Shown piece by piece: positions 12,364 through 24,541 of a DNA stretch of 64,000 nt (the stretch's first letter is position 1; every line of letters starts with the position of its first letter). This DNA comes from Spongospora subterranea f. sp. subterranea. Lineage: Eukaryota. The translations under genes and the position numbers were made by a program. The stretch covers positions 62,001 to 126,000 of the forward strand of contig JAUGWO010000097.1 in NCBI GenBank assembly GCA_049724395.1. Direction: 5' to 3'. The notes beneath the pieces were generated by a model. The model was given only the letters and a program-made list of their open reading frames with translations. It was not told where the DNA came from and ran no database searches.

Positions 12364-13218
12364 ATGGATTTGCCCGATCAACGCCAGGAGCCGGGCAGCC
12401 GCCGAATTACACCTGCTGTATATTTATGTGCAGAACTCTTGAATCAAACAAAGCAGTTGTCTTTACTGCGATCAATTAAGGCGTCGGCGGCCGATAGTTC
12501 AAGGTTCAATCCGATGGTCCTATCGCCAGATTCGGGAACGATGCGGTTCGGTGCTTCATCATCAGTTTGGAAGACGCCTAGAGCGGCTGATCCATCTGAA
12601 ATGATCATTCCCTCACGTCAATCGTCCCCCCATCATGTTCATCAACTGCTATCGGTAAATACCTGGAAGGACGACGATCTGCCATTGCCCTTCGAATGGA
12701 TGGACATATGTGATAGATCAACTGAGCTGATCAGCCAAATCTTACAGCCTTTCTATCCGGCTGCAATCGAATCAGGTATTACTTATGTCCCCAGTTGACT
12801 GGATCATTGACGTTTGAACACTGCTGAAGTACTTTACGAGAAGCATGATATAACCAGAATAAGGAATCAGGCGGGGGCACGAGGATGGAAAATATTGGTG
12901 TCGCTAGGATGTACAGCGAGAATAGCAATCAAGAATGAGTCTGATCATATTCAGATGGAGCTATATTCAGGGGACGTACTTGTATTCAATTCGTCTCCTA
13001 AGAACGAGGTTGACATTGCTGTTATCTGCCTTATACCTGATTCCTGTCCACCATTGCTTGCAGCATACGATCCAATGCTGATTTCTGGAAGATGCAACGT
13101 CATATTATCGGAAAACGCCATCGATCGACAAAGGGATCGCCAGAGACTATTGAGGAGGACATTCGAGATTCAACGTAAACGGTTATGGAAGCAGCAACAG
13201 CAGGCTAGCGTACATTGA
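12364..13218 (+). CDS. AlkB-like 2OG-Fe(II) oxygenase-fold protein, probably catalytically degenerate
   Basis: Two ORFs in the same frame joined by a 54-nt intron (12776-12829). The motifs ILVSLGCTA, LYSGDVLVF, IPDSCP and GRCNVIL follow the AlkB order. Confidence 0.6.
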
Positions 13219-13362
13219 GCATAAACTAATCACTGTAAATTCAACTTTCAGTGAGGTTTAATTATACGTCAGAAATTGATAATCGATACAGCAATTGATT
13301 ATAGCATGTGAAAGCATCATTATAAATATAATGGAAAAAGCGACATCGCATGTGATGAAAGG

Positions 13363-14569
13363 CTATGATGAGATCATCCAATGACGAACACCGTCAACCA
13401 TACTCGAAGTGATGAACAACCTGTTCTGGAGAATGTCCAATAGAAGGTTTAGGACTTCTTCATTCTGGTCAAGCACCACTGCCAATGTGCTCAGATTCTG
13501 TGAAAAATACTGGCATTATATATACGGTAACCGATAATGGGGGAAACGGGGTTACCATTGGGGCAGATTTAGACTTCAGGCAATTAAACAACTCAGTGAT
13601 CTGTTGCCGAGCAATGCCAGACCTATAAATAGTTGGCAATTTCTGTAGGTTCAGGGTAATTGAACTGGATTGAAGACGAATATCCGTGTTGGGTGGTATG
13701 TTTTCAGTCGAAAAATGCGGCACGTCAGAGTGTTTAGCTGGGCTTGCACACCGACTTTCGACTAAATCGCTAAGATCAGTGAGTCTTTTCTGATTGTAGG
13801 GAATAGAAAATGATGCCGGAGTGGAAGGACTAGAGGGCAAGGTCAAACTCCTTGGAGTGAATATGTCTGAGATAAAGGGGATAAATACTAAATAAACGGG
13901 AAGGAACGGAACAGCATCCAAATGTACCATGAGCAATAGGAGTTGAATGTGCATCAGTATGAGGAGTATCAATGGTAGATATTAAAGATATGTCAAGGTC
14001 TAACGCAGATTTGATGGGACGAGATGGCGTATCCAGTGAAAGTTCATGCAATAGAAGATCACTGGGCGCTTGTCGAAGAGACGTTATCGGAGGAGATGTG
14101 ATGTCTGGCGTCACTGATGATCTGCAGCGCAAAGTTGAATTTCTAACAGGACGAGCAACTACGAGTAGGTACCCTCTTTCTATACAATGAAGAAAAGGTG
14201 CTGGGGTCGTGACTAATGTTGGATGCGTCTGTTGGTCTGCAGTAAAGGCTGGTGGTGGTTCCGAGGTACATGTTGAATTAAAACCTAAACAAATACAATT
14301 GATCAATCGTATATCTTAAAGCATTCGAACGCTGTTCAACTCTGATCTGAATCGTGAGTTTTGTGGTTATCAGTCATTATGGTAGTGTTATACATTTGAA
14401 AGAATGTATTCCATTTCTGCAGGTGAAAGTTTGCCGAGCGTAGAGCATCCCCATATGCCTGGGTTGATCGCTTCAAACTAGTCGCGACCACGGCCGCTTC
14501 GGCCAGGTTCACATCTATGCTCTGCAGGGCTCGCGTGATGCCAACCTGCACCTGCTCAAGGTCGGCCAT
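13363..14569 (-). CDS. ASK1: DASH/Dam1 complex subunit Ask1-like
   Basis: N-terminal LEQVQVGITRALQSIDVNL..YG..KWNTFFQ matches the DASH_Ask1 pattern (LEQ.IT..LQ.ID.N....W..FF). A Ser/Pro/Thr-rich middle with SP/TP sites follows. Three introns; ends ..VRHWMISS*. Confidence 0.72.
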
Positions 14570-15899
14570 TGTCGGTACCGTTGAATGGCGACAATCGACA
14601 CGACCGAATAGACAATGGCGCGTTGTTATTCAGATCTGAATGATCATGAAAATGATGGACCTATGTGTGAACTGTGAACAGTGGTGTTGGAGGAGGACCA
14701 TCAGGGGCTGCGCTATGACCGCACAACATGGTGTCAGTGTAACATGTGAGGGAGCGACAACATCATAACGATCACTACACTAGACCAGGACGCTGACCAC
14801 ATCACACCCGACAATTCACCGCTCAATAAGGATCGAAACTCAGATGGATCCTGAATGCTTTTCTGTTTGGAAAGTCGTTGTCAGGGCATTCTGCGGTTCA
14901 CGAAGGATAGAAAGCATCCTTTGACTTTCTTGCCTTCAATTCCTTTTAGGAATAGAGTTCATGGTGCAACACAATTAGCAATTATTCCAAAATTGTTTTT
15001 AAGAGTTTGTATTCATAAACAACAACATAAAAGCGTGTCAATGCTTTGTCCTCTAAAGTGTACCGATATGTTGAAACAAGCGTTTCATTTGCGGAAATCG
15101 CAACGAGTCGATGAATACAACAGTGTAGAAATATCATTTCGATTCTGTGGATTTTCTGAAAAAAACTATGCTATCAAGGGTGACGACTGATGAGTAATGT
15201 TGAACCATTCAGGAATGGACCTTGAGCCCCCTTGATCGGTGTATTATACAAAACACTCTGTTAACAACGACCTACTTATTTGCACTGCTCCAAATATTCT
15301 GAATGAAGAGTCCCATTCTATCCCTTAAAGCAACGCCTCAAACCCCCGATAAGCAAGGTCGAATCCCGTGCGACGAGACGCAAAACTGACTACGACCTCG
15401 GCATGAAGTTGCAGCCAAACGACGGCAGCGTCGGGGTTTGGCTATACCAACCTCATAGCAACTTCAGGGTCAGACCAGATTCTACGCGACGCCAACACGC
15501 ACACAGCATACGGTTGCTCTTAAAAACTCACGATGGATAGAACTGCGACGGCAAACTCCGACGCGTACGGCAGCGAAACGCAAACATGATTACAGTTGCA
15601 GCCCAAGCGGAAGTCCGGAACCAATGCAACTGGAAGCAGGCAAGTGCTAACGGAGAGAGCCACGAGCGGCCTCCGACAGCAAAAAACCATCACGGCTGAA
15701 ACACCACCAGACCAAAGCAGAGTTAACTACGAACAAGCCATTACTTTCGACAAATGCGGGGAATAGATGACGAATTACTGCCCAAAACTCTTAAGGAGTA
15801 AAAGTTTTTAAAACATTGAATCCGCGAACCTTTCACACAGCGACACAGTGGAACGGTAGTGGTAAAGGGATTAACATCAGGTGTACCAATCAGAACGAA

Positions 15900-16620
15900 C
15901 AAAGACAATCACATAGAAATGAGATACATTTATCGCTTGCAATCATCGAGAACACTCCAATAGACCAACCAAAATTGAATTGGATGGCATCAAACGTACC
16001 ATTCTCATGCGCGGCATCCCCAAATTCATGGTGGCCAACGGAACGGCAATTCTGGGATGGAAGGGCACTAAACCAACTAAAATACAGTCAATTGGAGAGA
16101 ATACGTAATAATACCATGTTGACAATGAGAAACCAGCACAACCGTTGGTCCGCACAGGAAAGACATGAACCTTTTCTCTTCCGCACGTTGTGCACTTGAT
16201 TCCAGTTTGATCTGTTGTTCCTTTGTGTGGGCATTCTGTAGCCTTATGCTCATTGCTACCATATATTTCACAGCGAAAGTCCTCATAGTTTTGCTTCTGT
16301 TCGCAGGATAACCGCAAGCATGTCGGGCATGCTTTCCATGTACTGCATACTCCTGGCAAACCATATTTTTCCTGTGCGAACCAAGGCTTGTGCTGGTTTC
16401 TCAGTATTAAACTGGCATTTGCACGTGTTCTCTCCAATTAACTGTACTTTAGTTGGTTTAAGTGCCCTTCCATCCCAGAATTTCAGTTCCGTTGGCAACC
16501 ATAAACTCGGGGATGCCGCGTACAACAATGGTACGTTTGATGTTGTCCATTCAGTGTTGATTGGTCTGCTGGAGTGTCCCAGTTTTCTGGCAAAACCATC
16601 CAGTGCCATGACACAAGCAG
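15900..16620 (-). mobile_element. Non-LTR (LINE) ORF1-like relic with zinc knuckles
   Basis: RTIVVRGIP..LVRTGKIW followed by decayed CCHC knuckles CEIYGSNEHKATECP and CTTCG. Frameshifted. Confidence 0.5.
15952..16577. repeat. Long imperfect inverted repeat (arms 15952-16167 and 16362-16577, ~195 bp spacer)
   Basis: aattctgggatggaagggcact pairs with agtgcccttccatcccagaatt, and tgagaaaccagcacaa with ttgtgctggtttctca. Roughly 80% identity by eye. Confidence 0.95.
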
Positions 16621-17175
16621 AGTATGCGGCTCATAGCAAATTGGTGGCCGAAGCCGCATAGATCCGTATACTGTTGGATTCCGCTTGAGGAAATGGTGCA
16701 GACGAATGGAGTAGGTCAAGAATGGGTCCATTCAGTTCAGTCTTTTCAATTCGGAGTTGAACCTTGCAGATGCACTGACGAAGCCGGCCATCCGGCATGG
16801 GTCGTTGGCGCCTTAGGGGCGGCCGTTACGTTGAGGAGACTGACGACTGACGTGTACTACGACCTACTTTTGAACTACTCCATATTCTACAAACAACGAT
16901 TTCGTTCATCGGCTAGAATGTACTCTAAATCAATTAAGGTTGCCAAAACTAATTACCTAAACGTATGAAAGAGCCGCTTGAATATTCCTCATACAATCAA
17001 TGAAAAAACAAGATGGTGTTTATCGATAGCAGCCAGCCTATTTTTGAAATGAGAATATTTAACGGCGAAACGGCTGTCGTGAGAAGGCAGCAGTCGTTTG
17101 AATACTGTATCGCCATTCGCTCACGGTAAATGTCAGGTAACAAGTCCGTAGGCCAGGTATAATTTTTCAAGAGCA

Positions 17176-17656
17176 ATGGCCGAAACCGCCAACGAGAGAC
17201 GCGAAAGGCTGAACGCGTTACGGGCGGAAGCATTTCAGAATGGTTCGATACCCGAACAAGATGAGAACTTAGCGATGCGTGAGGACGACGAGGATCGCTC
17301 ATCAGATAAGGAGGTTACTGGACTCACGTTCCGCAATTACAGGCCCAGAAGTAAGGAGCTAGTGGATTTGCATGTTGGGGAAGCTCTGTGTCGAATCTGG
17401 ACAAGGCCACCGCTGAATTACGTCAGGTTGCGACTAAACCACAGGTTAGGTTATTATCTTATCATTTTCCGAAGTTGGTTCCTAAACGATCGTATAGGAA
17501 GAGGTGGTAAGCCTAGCCCCAAAGAAACCAAACTGGGATTTGAAACGAGATATTGAGACGCAAATGGCCATTTTGCAGAACAAAACAAACATTGCTATTG
17601 CAAAGCTGGCAAGAGAAATAGCCGAGGAAGGAGCAGAAAGCGAAGAAGAAAATTAA
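17176..17656 (+). CDS. CCDC12: Spliceosomal NTC-associated protein CCDC12/Cwf18
   Basis: ERRERLNALR, LTFRNYRP and, after intron 17445-17497, LAPKKPNWDLKRDI. Apparent 1-nt frameshift near 17385. Confidence 0.9.
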
Positions 17657-18228
17657 GCCGTAATAAATGTCTGTGTAATATGTCATCGTTGGGGGTGAAA
17701 TGCCACACTGAATCAACACCTTCTTCTCATGAGTGCTGATAGCTGATCTCAATCAGATCAAATAGCCGAGCTTGCCAAGCCTATCAGCTGATGCAGCAAT
17801 AGGCAATGGTGAAATACACTTTGGCGAACGGGAATATAAACTCTATAACAGGAAATCGATTCCCCAAGCGCGTGCTTACTCTTCAAGAGCATTGCTCGTT
17901 GATGCCATCAAATTTCGGTTATTGAAACCTCGCTCACGATCCCCAGAAACGTTTAAAAGCGACGAGTTTGTACATCAGTCAAGGAAAGAAGAAAACCACG
18001 TTCAAAACAGGAGAATCTACGCCGCGAACAGACACACGGAGACACGATCCACGATTAGTCAGCGCATTTTCTAGACCGAGAATTCGTTATTTCATTGATC
18101 CAACAGATTGGTGACTAGCTTTTTAATTTGGCAGGAAACGAATCACTTAAGCACAATAACGATCCTAAACTACTAGAGTCAAACCGGGAATTATTGATTA
18201 TACCTTGGTAATGATTACTTTGGTGTGA

Positions 18229-19756
18229 TTAACGGCGATACCCACGGTTTTCACGGCCACGGTCATCACGATAACGGGGAGGAGAACGCGACCGAGAATA
18301 ACGACGTGGGGAGAATGACCTAGACCTGGAGCGCCGACGACGATCACCCCGAGGAGAACGGCTGCGCGAATACCGATTGCCGCGACCACCTCCCCCACGG
18401 CGGCGATCAGAATCGATCATATCTTGAACCAATTGCTGCGCCCTCCTGGCAAATCAAGTTAACTCGCTGATTCAGCACGAACAAAGAACCAGCATTACTT
18501 TCTTCCAGATTTTAGATGAGAGAAAATATAAAGCTTTTCAAATTCCGCTTTAGAATCGTCTTTGTCGCCATCACCGAAGCAGAACGTTGTCGTGCGATGC
18601 TCAATATTACGGAGAGATTCACCTGATAATATTTAGGGGGAAACAGAGCAAACAACAAACGACTTTACCTTTACGTCCGGTGATGAAACCCATGCAAGAT
18701 GAAGGAACCTCCATAATGGTGAGATCATCTCGATTCATATCGACAGCTGTCAAGGGAACTGGACCACCACGGCGCTGCTTCAGCAGCCAATCCAAATAGT
18801 CCATAGCCCTTCCGCGTTCATCCTAAACAGTTTGATGTCAGAGATTGATTATGGGTCCGAGAAAAAGGTGACCTTCATGCCGGCAGCAATCGCGAGGAAT
18901 CCAACAAATTCAAGAATAGCTCCAGAGGCGGCGGCAAGTTTTTTACGGGTAGTGCCGCGAGCTCCAAGGGCATATGAAAACTCGTCATTAGCAAGAAGAC
19001 GAGTGTCGTAACCCCACCCGTCATCCATATCATCACCACTCTAAAACTATCGTCAGAATGCGCTGAAAACCTGATGAATAAACTGGACCTGTTCTAGTCG
19101 CTTGATCAGTTCACCGTCTTCGTTAAGGAAAAATCCCGCATGCTTATGCTCAACAGCAGAAAGCACTTTAAGCTCAGCGCCTCTGCGTGCACGACGGTTA
19201 CCAAAAATTGCGAGTTTTTCGGTAGGGTTATCGCCATTTCGGCCGCGTCCTTTGGCAAAAAACATTAAAGTGCCCCATTCGTCTTCTAATCCACGAAGAA
19301 CAGCTCCTCCACGTCCCATAACAAATCCAACTGTGTCAGTCGGTACATCAACAACAGAGAGATCGTCTCTTTGCACATTTAAATCGATTTGAACATCTCC
19401 AGTGCGCTGATCAAGAACAAATCTGGTATATTCAGCTGCACGAGCGCGTTCTTGCGCTGATCCGAAAATTTCAAGACGGTGGTCGCGCTCATGGAGATCC
19501 AATCGCGCCCCGGAGACACGCTCAATTTTGCGCTTGGTAGAGCCAAGCTTTCCAAGCACAAATCCAACCTATGAAATATTATGTAAGAAGGCAATCGCCT
19601 TGTCGACATTATGGCCACCTCATCATAAGTCAGATTGATGACGTCGCAAGCACCTTGGTTCCGGCGCGGGCTACGCGACCGAGACCCAGCACGGCCATTA
19701 TCTAACGACATGGAGCGTGATCTAGAACGAGGACCGCGAGAACGACTACGAGACAT
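18229..19756 (-). CDS. Multi-KH-domain RNA-binding protein with N- and C-terminal RS domains
   Basis: Four GxxG KH loops (LGKLGSTK, MGRGGAVL, LGARGTTR, TGRKGESL) and RS dipeptide tails. Five introns splice in frame. Confidence 0.9.
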
Positions 19757-20382
19757 CGTGCCTGTTCGGTGAAGAGACAAGCGGGTCGGTAGCGCGTTCC
19801 TATAATGCCTATGGTTAATTAACAACACAAAGGGGAGATACCGCTGCGCACTCCGTCACGGTCATCTTACTGTGCCCACTGAAGCAGTCACGGATTACGT
19901 ACACTGGTCAGTGGCGAAAAAGGTACGGAGAAGGAGGTCACGCCTTGTCTGTGAAGTGACTGTGAACGAGGCCAGCCAGCCCCGTTGTGGCTGCGCGTGT
20001 TCTGTGACCGATTCAGACGTGGCTGCGCTCCGTCGTGTGCTGAATGTGGAGCTGATGACGTTGAACAAACTTAATCTCAGGTGTCTGTTCTTAGACATTC
20101 AATATTGACTGATTTTCATCCAGGTTAATAGCCTCATTTATCTGATATCCAGTTCGTGATCGAATCTCTAATTGCTGTGGCTGTCTAGCCCTTTCGACAT
20201 ACCAAAAATCAATACAAACATATTGCAAAATTCCGGGTTTTCATTGCATGATATTGGGTCGTGACCGGTTTTGGTGCCGACGTCTCCATCACTCAACTTT
20301 GCGATGGTTAGCTGTAGCCCCGATTGTCGAATTGTTCTGCGGATTTTTGTTTTCATTTGGAACTGCTCTGTCCAACCACGTC

Positions 20383-21284
20383 ATGTCTGATCACTGGAAA
20401 CATTCCATTTGTGGCGCGGTTGAATATTTCGTCAAGGATCAGATGGCTGGTCAAGATGGAGTAATACCATCTGCTCATGGCTTCACATCTGTCAAGTGAC
20501 TAAGCACACTCTTCCTTAGTCCCATGATTTCGCCCATGTTGATCGAGTCAGACAGATGGCGATACGACTAGCCAAAGAAGAGGGGTTAGACCCTGATTCA
20601 ACTCTGGTCGTTGAACTCAGCGCGCTTCTCCACGACGTTGGCGATTACAAATATTCGGGGGATGATGACGCCGGTCCAGAACTCATCCAGGCCTTTCTCC
20701 AATCTCAGAACTGTCCTAGTCATATAATCGATCGTGTTATTTCAGTGGTCGAATCTATTGGTTTCAAACACGAACTAGAAAATGGTCGTCCTCAAATGAC
20801 CCCTGAACTGGTTTGTCCCATTCAAACCCACCTTCGTTTCAACGACAACTTACCGATTCTTCGTTCAGGAGTGTGTCCAAGACGCTGACCGATTAGATGC
20901 AATTGGTGCGATTGGGATCGCACGTTGCTTCACGTTTTCCGGGTATCAATCGAATTGTAAATCACCGATATCCTCCAACTTAATTGCGCTTATTTAGTGC
21001 AAGAAATCGCCCAATCCACGATGGTTCTTTCGAACCAAATAATTGTGATGATCCAAAAACCTATGGAGACAAGAATCGTGGAACAGCAATCAATCACTTC
21101 TACGAGAAACTGCTGCTCCTTAAAGACAAAATGGTGAAAATTCAAATCTGGCAGGCGACTGTGAACAATCAATGAATCAGATGTACAGAATACCCCATCT
21201 GGGAAGAGGTTGGCCGCCGGTCGCCATGATTTCATGAAGGTATTCCTACAGCAATTCCAAGGGGAAATGAACGCCGTTGTGTAG
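20383..21284 (+). CDS. HD-domain metal-dependent phosphohydrolase (YpgQ/YedJ-like)
   Basis: [53 protein letters not shown]. Four canonical introns. Confidence 0.93.
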
Positions 21285-21333
21285 TCTGCCATACAGACGG
21301 ATTCCCCCATTTTATTGTATTCTCTGTTAGGAA

Positions 21334-21708
21334 TCAAGATTTAGTGGTCTGATTCGTCTCGTGATCATAATAAAACTTTCGCTGGAAATCAATGAACGCC
21401 CGTTGCTCTGCAATGATGTCTTTTGTATCCTGCAAATCGTTAACAGCTTTCGCCAATTCCGATATTTTCCTGGATAATTGGGAAAACGCTGTTTCGAGAT
21501 CAAGCGTCAGATTGGCCCCTGTTGTCTCAACGCAGGTTGGTCCCTGACGTGATATGACGACCGATCCGGAAATATCCTCATCATCTGCGAATCTGACTCC
21601 TCTGCCGGCCTCTCTTGTGGCGCCACCGTTGTGTGAGTGCAACGAGACAGATCCACATTCGTGAGAACCAGCGCTATTGGCGTCGTTGCGTTCAGTCGAA
21701 TCCGGCAC
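21334..21708 (-). CDS. Hypothetical coiled-coil protein (3' part; start unresolved)
   Basis: Open frame with heptad-like LETAFSQLSRKISELAKAVNDLQ, convergent with the HD gene. Confidence 0.35.
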   Translation of the reverse strand: MPDSTERNDANSAGSHECGSVSLHSHNGGATREAGRGVRFADDEDISGSVVISRQGPTCVETTGANLTLDLETAFSQLSRKISELAKAVNDLQDTKDIIAEQRAFIDFQRKFYYDHETNQTTKS

Positions 21709-22449
21709 TGTATTGGAATTATTTATCAGGACAAGAGAGTCATGATGATCATGATTTACATCTTCCGATCCTGCATTGCAGATTTAGGAGTGCCACTAAA
21801 TATTTTAAATCACTTTTACCAATCGCCTCTATGTCCAAGCTGCGATAGCAGCAAAATCTATCTTTAACAAGGAGCCGTTTAATCTCCCTTATTTGTTCAG
21901 TATTGGACAATGATTTGGATGTTTCAGCAAACATTTGAATGTGTGAAAGTTTATATACCGAAGAAGTTCATAAAATGGAGATACTTTTTCACCCTGCGAA
22001 CTGGGCACACGGTCCATATCTCTCAATATAGAAAGGTGATATAATGGGACCGGAGTGCTTAATCAACCTCAACGTCATGGTACATTGATTAGGTCAATAC
22101 GGTATGTGGTGTGCTGGAGCAACAGCGATATTGTGGAACATTTTTGAGAAACCAGTTGCGATATAGCAATATCTGGCGACCATAATGTCAATCCGACCAA
22201 TGCTACAGACACACCATGCCAGGGCGATTCCACTCGCCAACACCTATTTGATCTCTCTACGTTGTTGTGTTGATGCGACAGTATAGAAGCAGCTCCTTTT
22301 TGATGGTGTTAACATCATGGTTGCTGGATTTCGATTGATATTGGTATTTGGTTTGCGGAATGTTTCAAACGTTGAAACGTCGACTTGCTAAAAAGGCAGT
22401 TTTGTCCCGACGATCAATGTGATGATCAATATTCGGTCAACACCTGCTG

Positions 22450-23250
22450 AATACAAGGGAATTATCCCATTCCCTCTTGAATGGCTTCGCTCGAAATATT
22501 CATTGTTGCTGTTAACGAGCCTCGAATACTCGTTCTCAAACGTTGGTTTGATTCTACAATACCAGCATGAATTTCAAACAGCTTGCTGGCGGGAGGTTCA
22601 CCGTTCCGCGAGAGGATCTGTTCACGATGATCGAGACCAAGTTCGAAGCCCAGTTGGCCTTATCTAGACGAAACTGGCGTTTATTAACTTATGAAGTAAT
22701 TCTTTGCAATAGAATATCCGGATCCTCACTCCACTTCAAATTTGTTGGGCATATAAAACTTTGCTCCACATAGCAAAATAATTTGTGGAGTTGTTATGTG
22801 CCGAGCTCAAAGAGAACAGAAATTTCTTGTGGAATAGAAGGGAAAAGCATTGGAAAATGTTATCAACTTTGAAAAAAACATACTTGAAGCAATTTCAGTG
22901 TTTGATTGTTGTCTTTCTTCGTTGATAAACGCCGTTGTAGTCTAGTGAGGCCAAACGAGCTTTGAACTTGGAATCGTCTCCGGCCAGTGAATTGGCCGCA
23001 TTCTTCAAACCCGTATGCAACTCAACGGCGTGGAAAGTTTTGTTGGTTAATCGTATCGAATGCATTCTCAAAATTGTGAATAAAACCTGTCAATAACACG
23101 CTGCCAGCAAGCTGTTTTTGCAGTCAGGTGTTAAATAGTAGGCTGTCTGTAATCGAAGTAGGCCTTATGTACGTGGGCTTTGATGGGTTTGTTCAACGCG
23201 AAATCGCAGACCTGAAAGATAAAGGTAATTTCTTCAGGAAAAAATTTGAT
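22450..23250. mobile_element. Two degenerate pogo-type (DDE_1) transposase C-terminal fragments in inverted orientation
   Basis: Minus strand IFQVCDFALNKPIKAHV (~23170-23225) and plus strand KQLAGGRFTVPREDLFTMIE (22567) both resemble the C-terminus of the element at 24845-25201. Confidence 0.6.
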
Positions 23251-23264
23251 CCACACCGTTCCCC

Positions 23265-24056
23265 TTGAGCTGGAGTGAATTTTCTCGAGCCGTTCGGTCT
23301 AGGCCTCCGCAAAAGGACCCATTGAACCGACCTCGCAATTTGCCGAGGGTGTCGGGGCCATCAGACATTGAAAGGACGTCGTTGATCAACATGAAACTGC
23401 ACGACGGAGCCTCAGTGGTTGTAAAGCAGAAGCCCAAGAGCACACTGCAAGAAGCGCGTTTGTTTTTGCTGGCACAAGGGCCCGGCATCGTCGTCCTTCA
23501 TGATTGGCACGAATTGCAGCCTCGAGGCGTTGTTCTCACTGAAGAAATGCTGGCAGATGTACCTGTGGAAGGTTTATCGGTGGAATTGGGTCTGTTGGCG
23601 ATCCGATTGATGGTCGATGGTCTTGGTGCTCTCGATACTGTTTCTCGTGCTGATGTTGTCCATCGTGATATCTCACCAAATAACCTATTGTATTCTCTGT
23701 CTGCTCAGGCGTGGCGCTTAACTGATTTTGGTTGTGCATCGAGTGGACCTGGAATCGCACACAGAGTGTTTGGGACTGACGGGTACATTGCCCCCGAATC
23801 GCTCACATCGCTATCGTACTCGCGCGAATCGGATATTTGGGGCTTCGATATGACAGCGAGGTTCTACTTGTTTCAAATCGAGGACGTGTACAGCAACATG
23901 TCTGAATATGATAGTGATTTGGGGGATCTACTGGCAGTGCTGCAAGGCGCGACCTGTTTTCTCATGTCCGAACGTCCTGGTGATCGTCATTTGCGGCAAG
24001 CATTGCGTCAGTTATTGTCAACACGACATTCCGAATGGAACATACCGGGTTATTGA
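23265..24056 (+). CDS. Intronless Ser/Thr protein kinase domain (5' end unclear)
   Basis: VVVK, helix-C Glu (QEAR), HRDISPNN, DFG, GTDGYIAPE and SDIWG are all present in one 263-codon frame. Confidence 0.8.
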   Translation: MSWSEFSRAVRSRPPQKDPLNRPRNLPRVSGPSDIERTSLINMKLHDGASVVVKQKPKSTLQEARLFLLAQGPGIVVLHDWHELQPRGVVLTEEMLADVPVEGLSVELGLLAIRLMVDGLGALDTVSRADVVHRDISPNNLLYSLSAQAWRLTDFGCASSGPGIAHRVFGTDGYIAPESLTSLSYSRESDIWGFDMTARFYLFQIEDVYSNMSEYDSDLGDLLAVLQGATCFLMSERPGDRHLRQALRQLLSTRHSEWNIPGY

Positions 24057-24541
24057 GCCTCGCGACTTATCATCTGACATCCCTGTCATATCAGGAGAAG
24101 CGTAGCCACAATACATTTCTGCAATTTATGTGAGTCATCTGGTCATTGTCTACAACTGCTGTGTATCCTGACCTGTCATCAGGATGTCATGGGGTTTCTA
24201 TAGATGAAACTGAGCTAAGGCTTCCAATATTGTCAATCAATTCTCGGACCCGTCTAATAAATATTTTCCAGACACAGTACTGTACTCCCAGATTCGTCGC
24301 TTTGCATGCAAATGCTTCAGATACATGGACGCCTATCGCGTTAATGGTCCCGATGGCAACAGACTGACCATGCGCCAAGTAGAGTATGCTGTCAAGGTTT
24401 ATAAGCGTCACAGAAACTTGCCAGTTCGCATAATAAACGATCTTTGACTGGGGAAAACCGGTGCAGTCGCACTTATATTTGGCGCAGTAGCGCAACCAGC
24501 GTACGCACTTTCTCATTTCCAATTTGAAATGACTACATACT

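Noticed and set aside
12796..12810. Two in-frame TGA codons between same-frame ORFs as selenocysteine or readthrough
   Set aside because: Both fall inside a canonical 54-nt GT-AG intron (12776-12829) that keeps the frame.
14800..15300. Possible MULE transposase relic on the minus strand
   Set aside because: Only a faint CDF..NA..C-like pattern among many stops; not enough to call.
24187..24540. YKCDCTGF as a SWIM zinc finger
   Set aside because: The remaining C and H ligands are absent and the ORF runs through repeat sequence.
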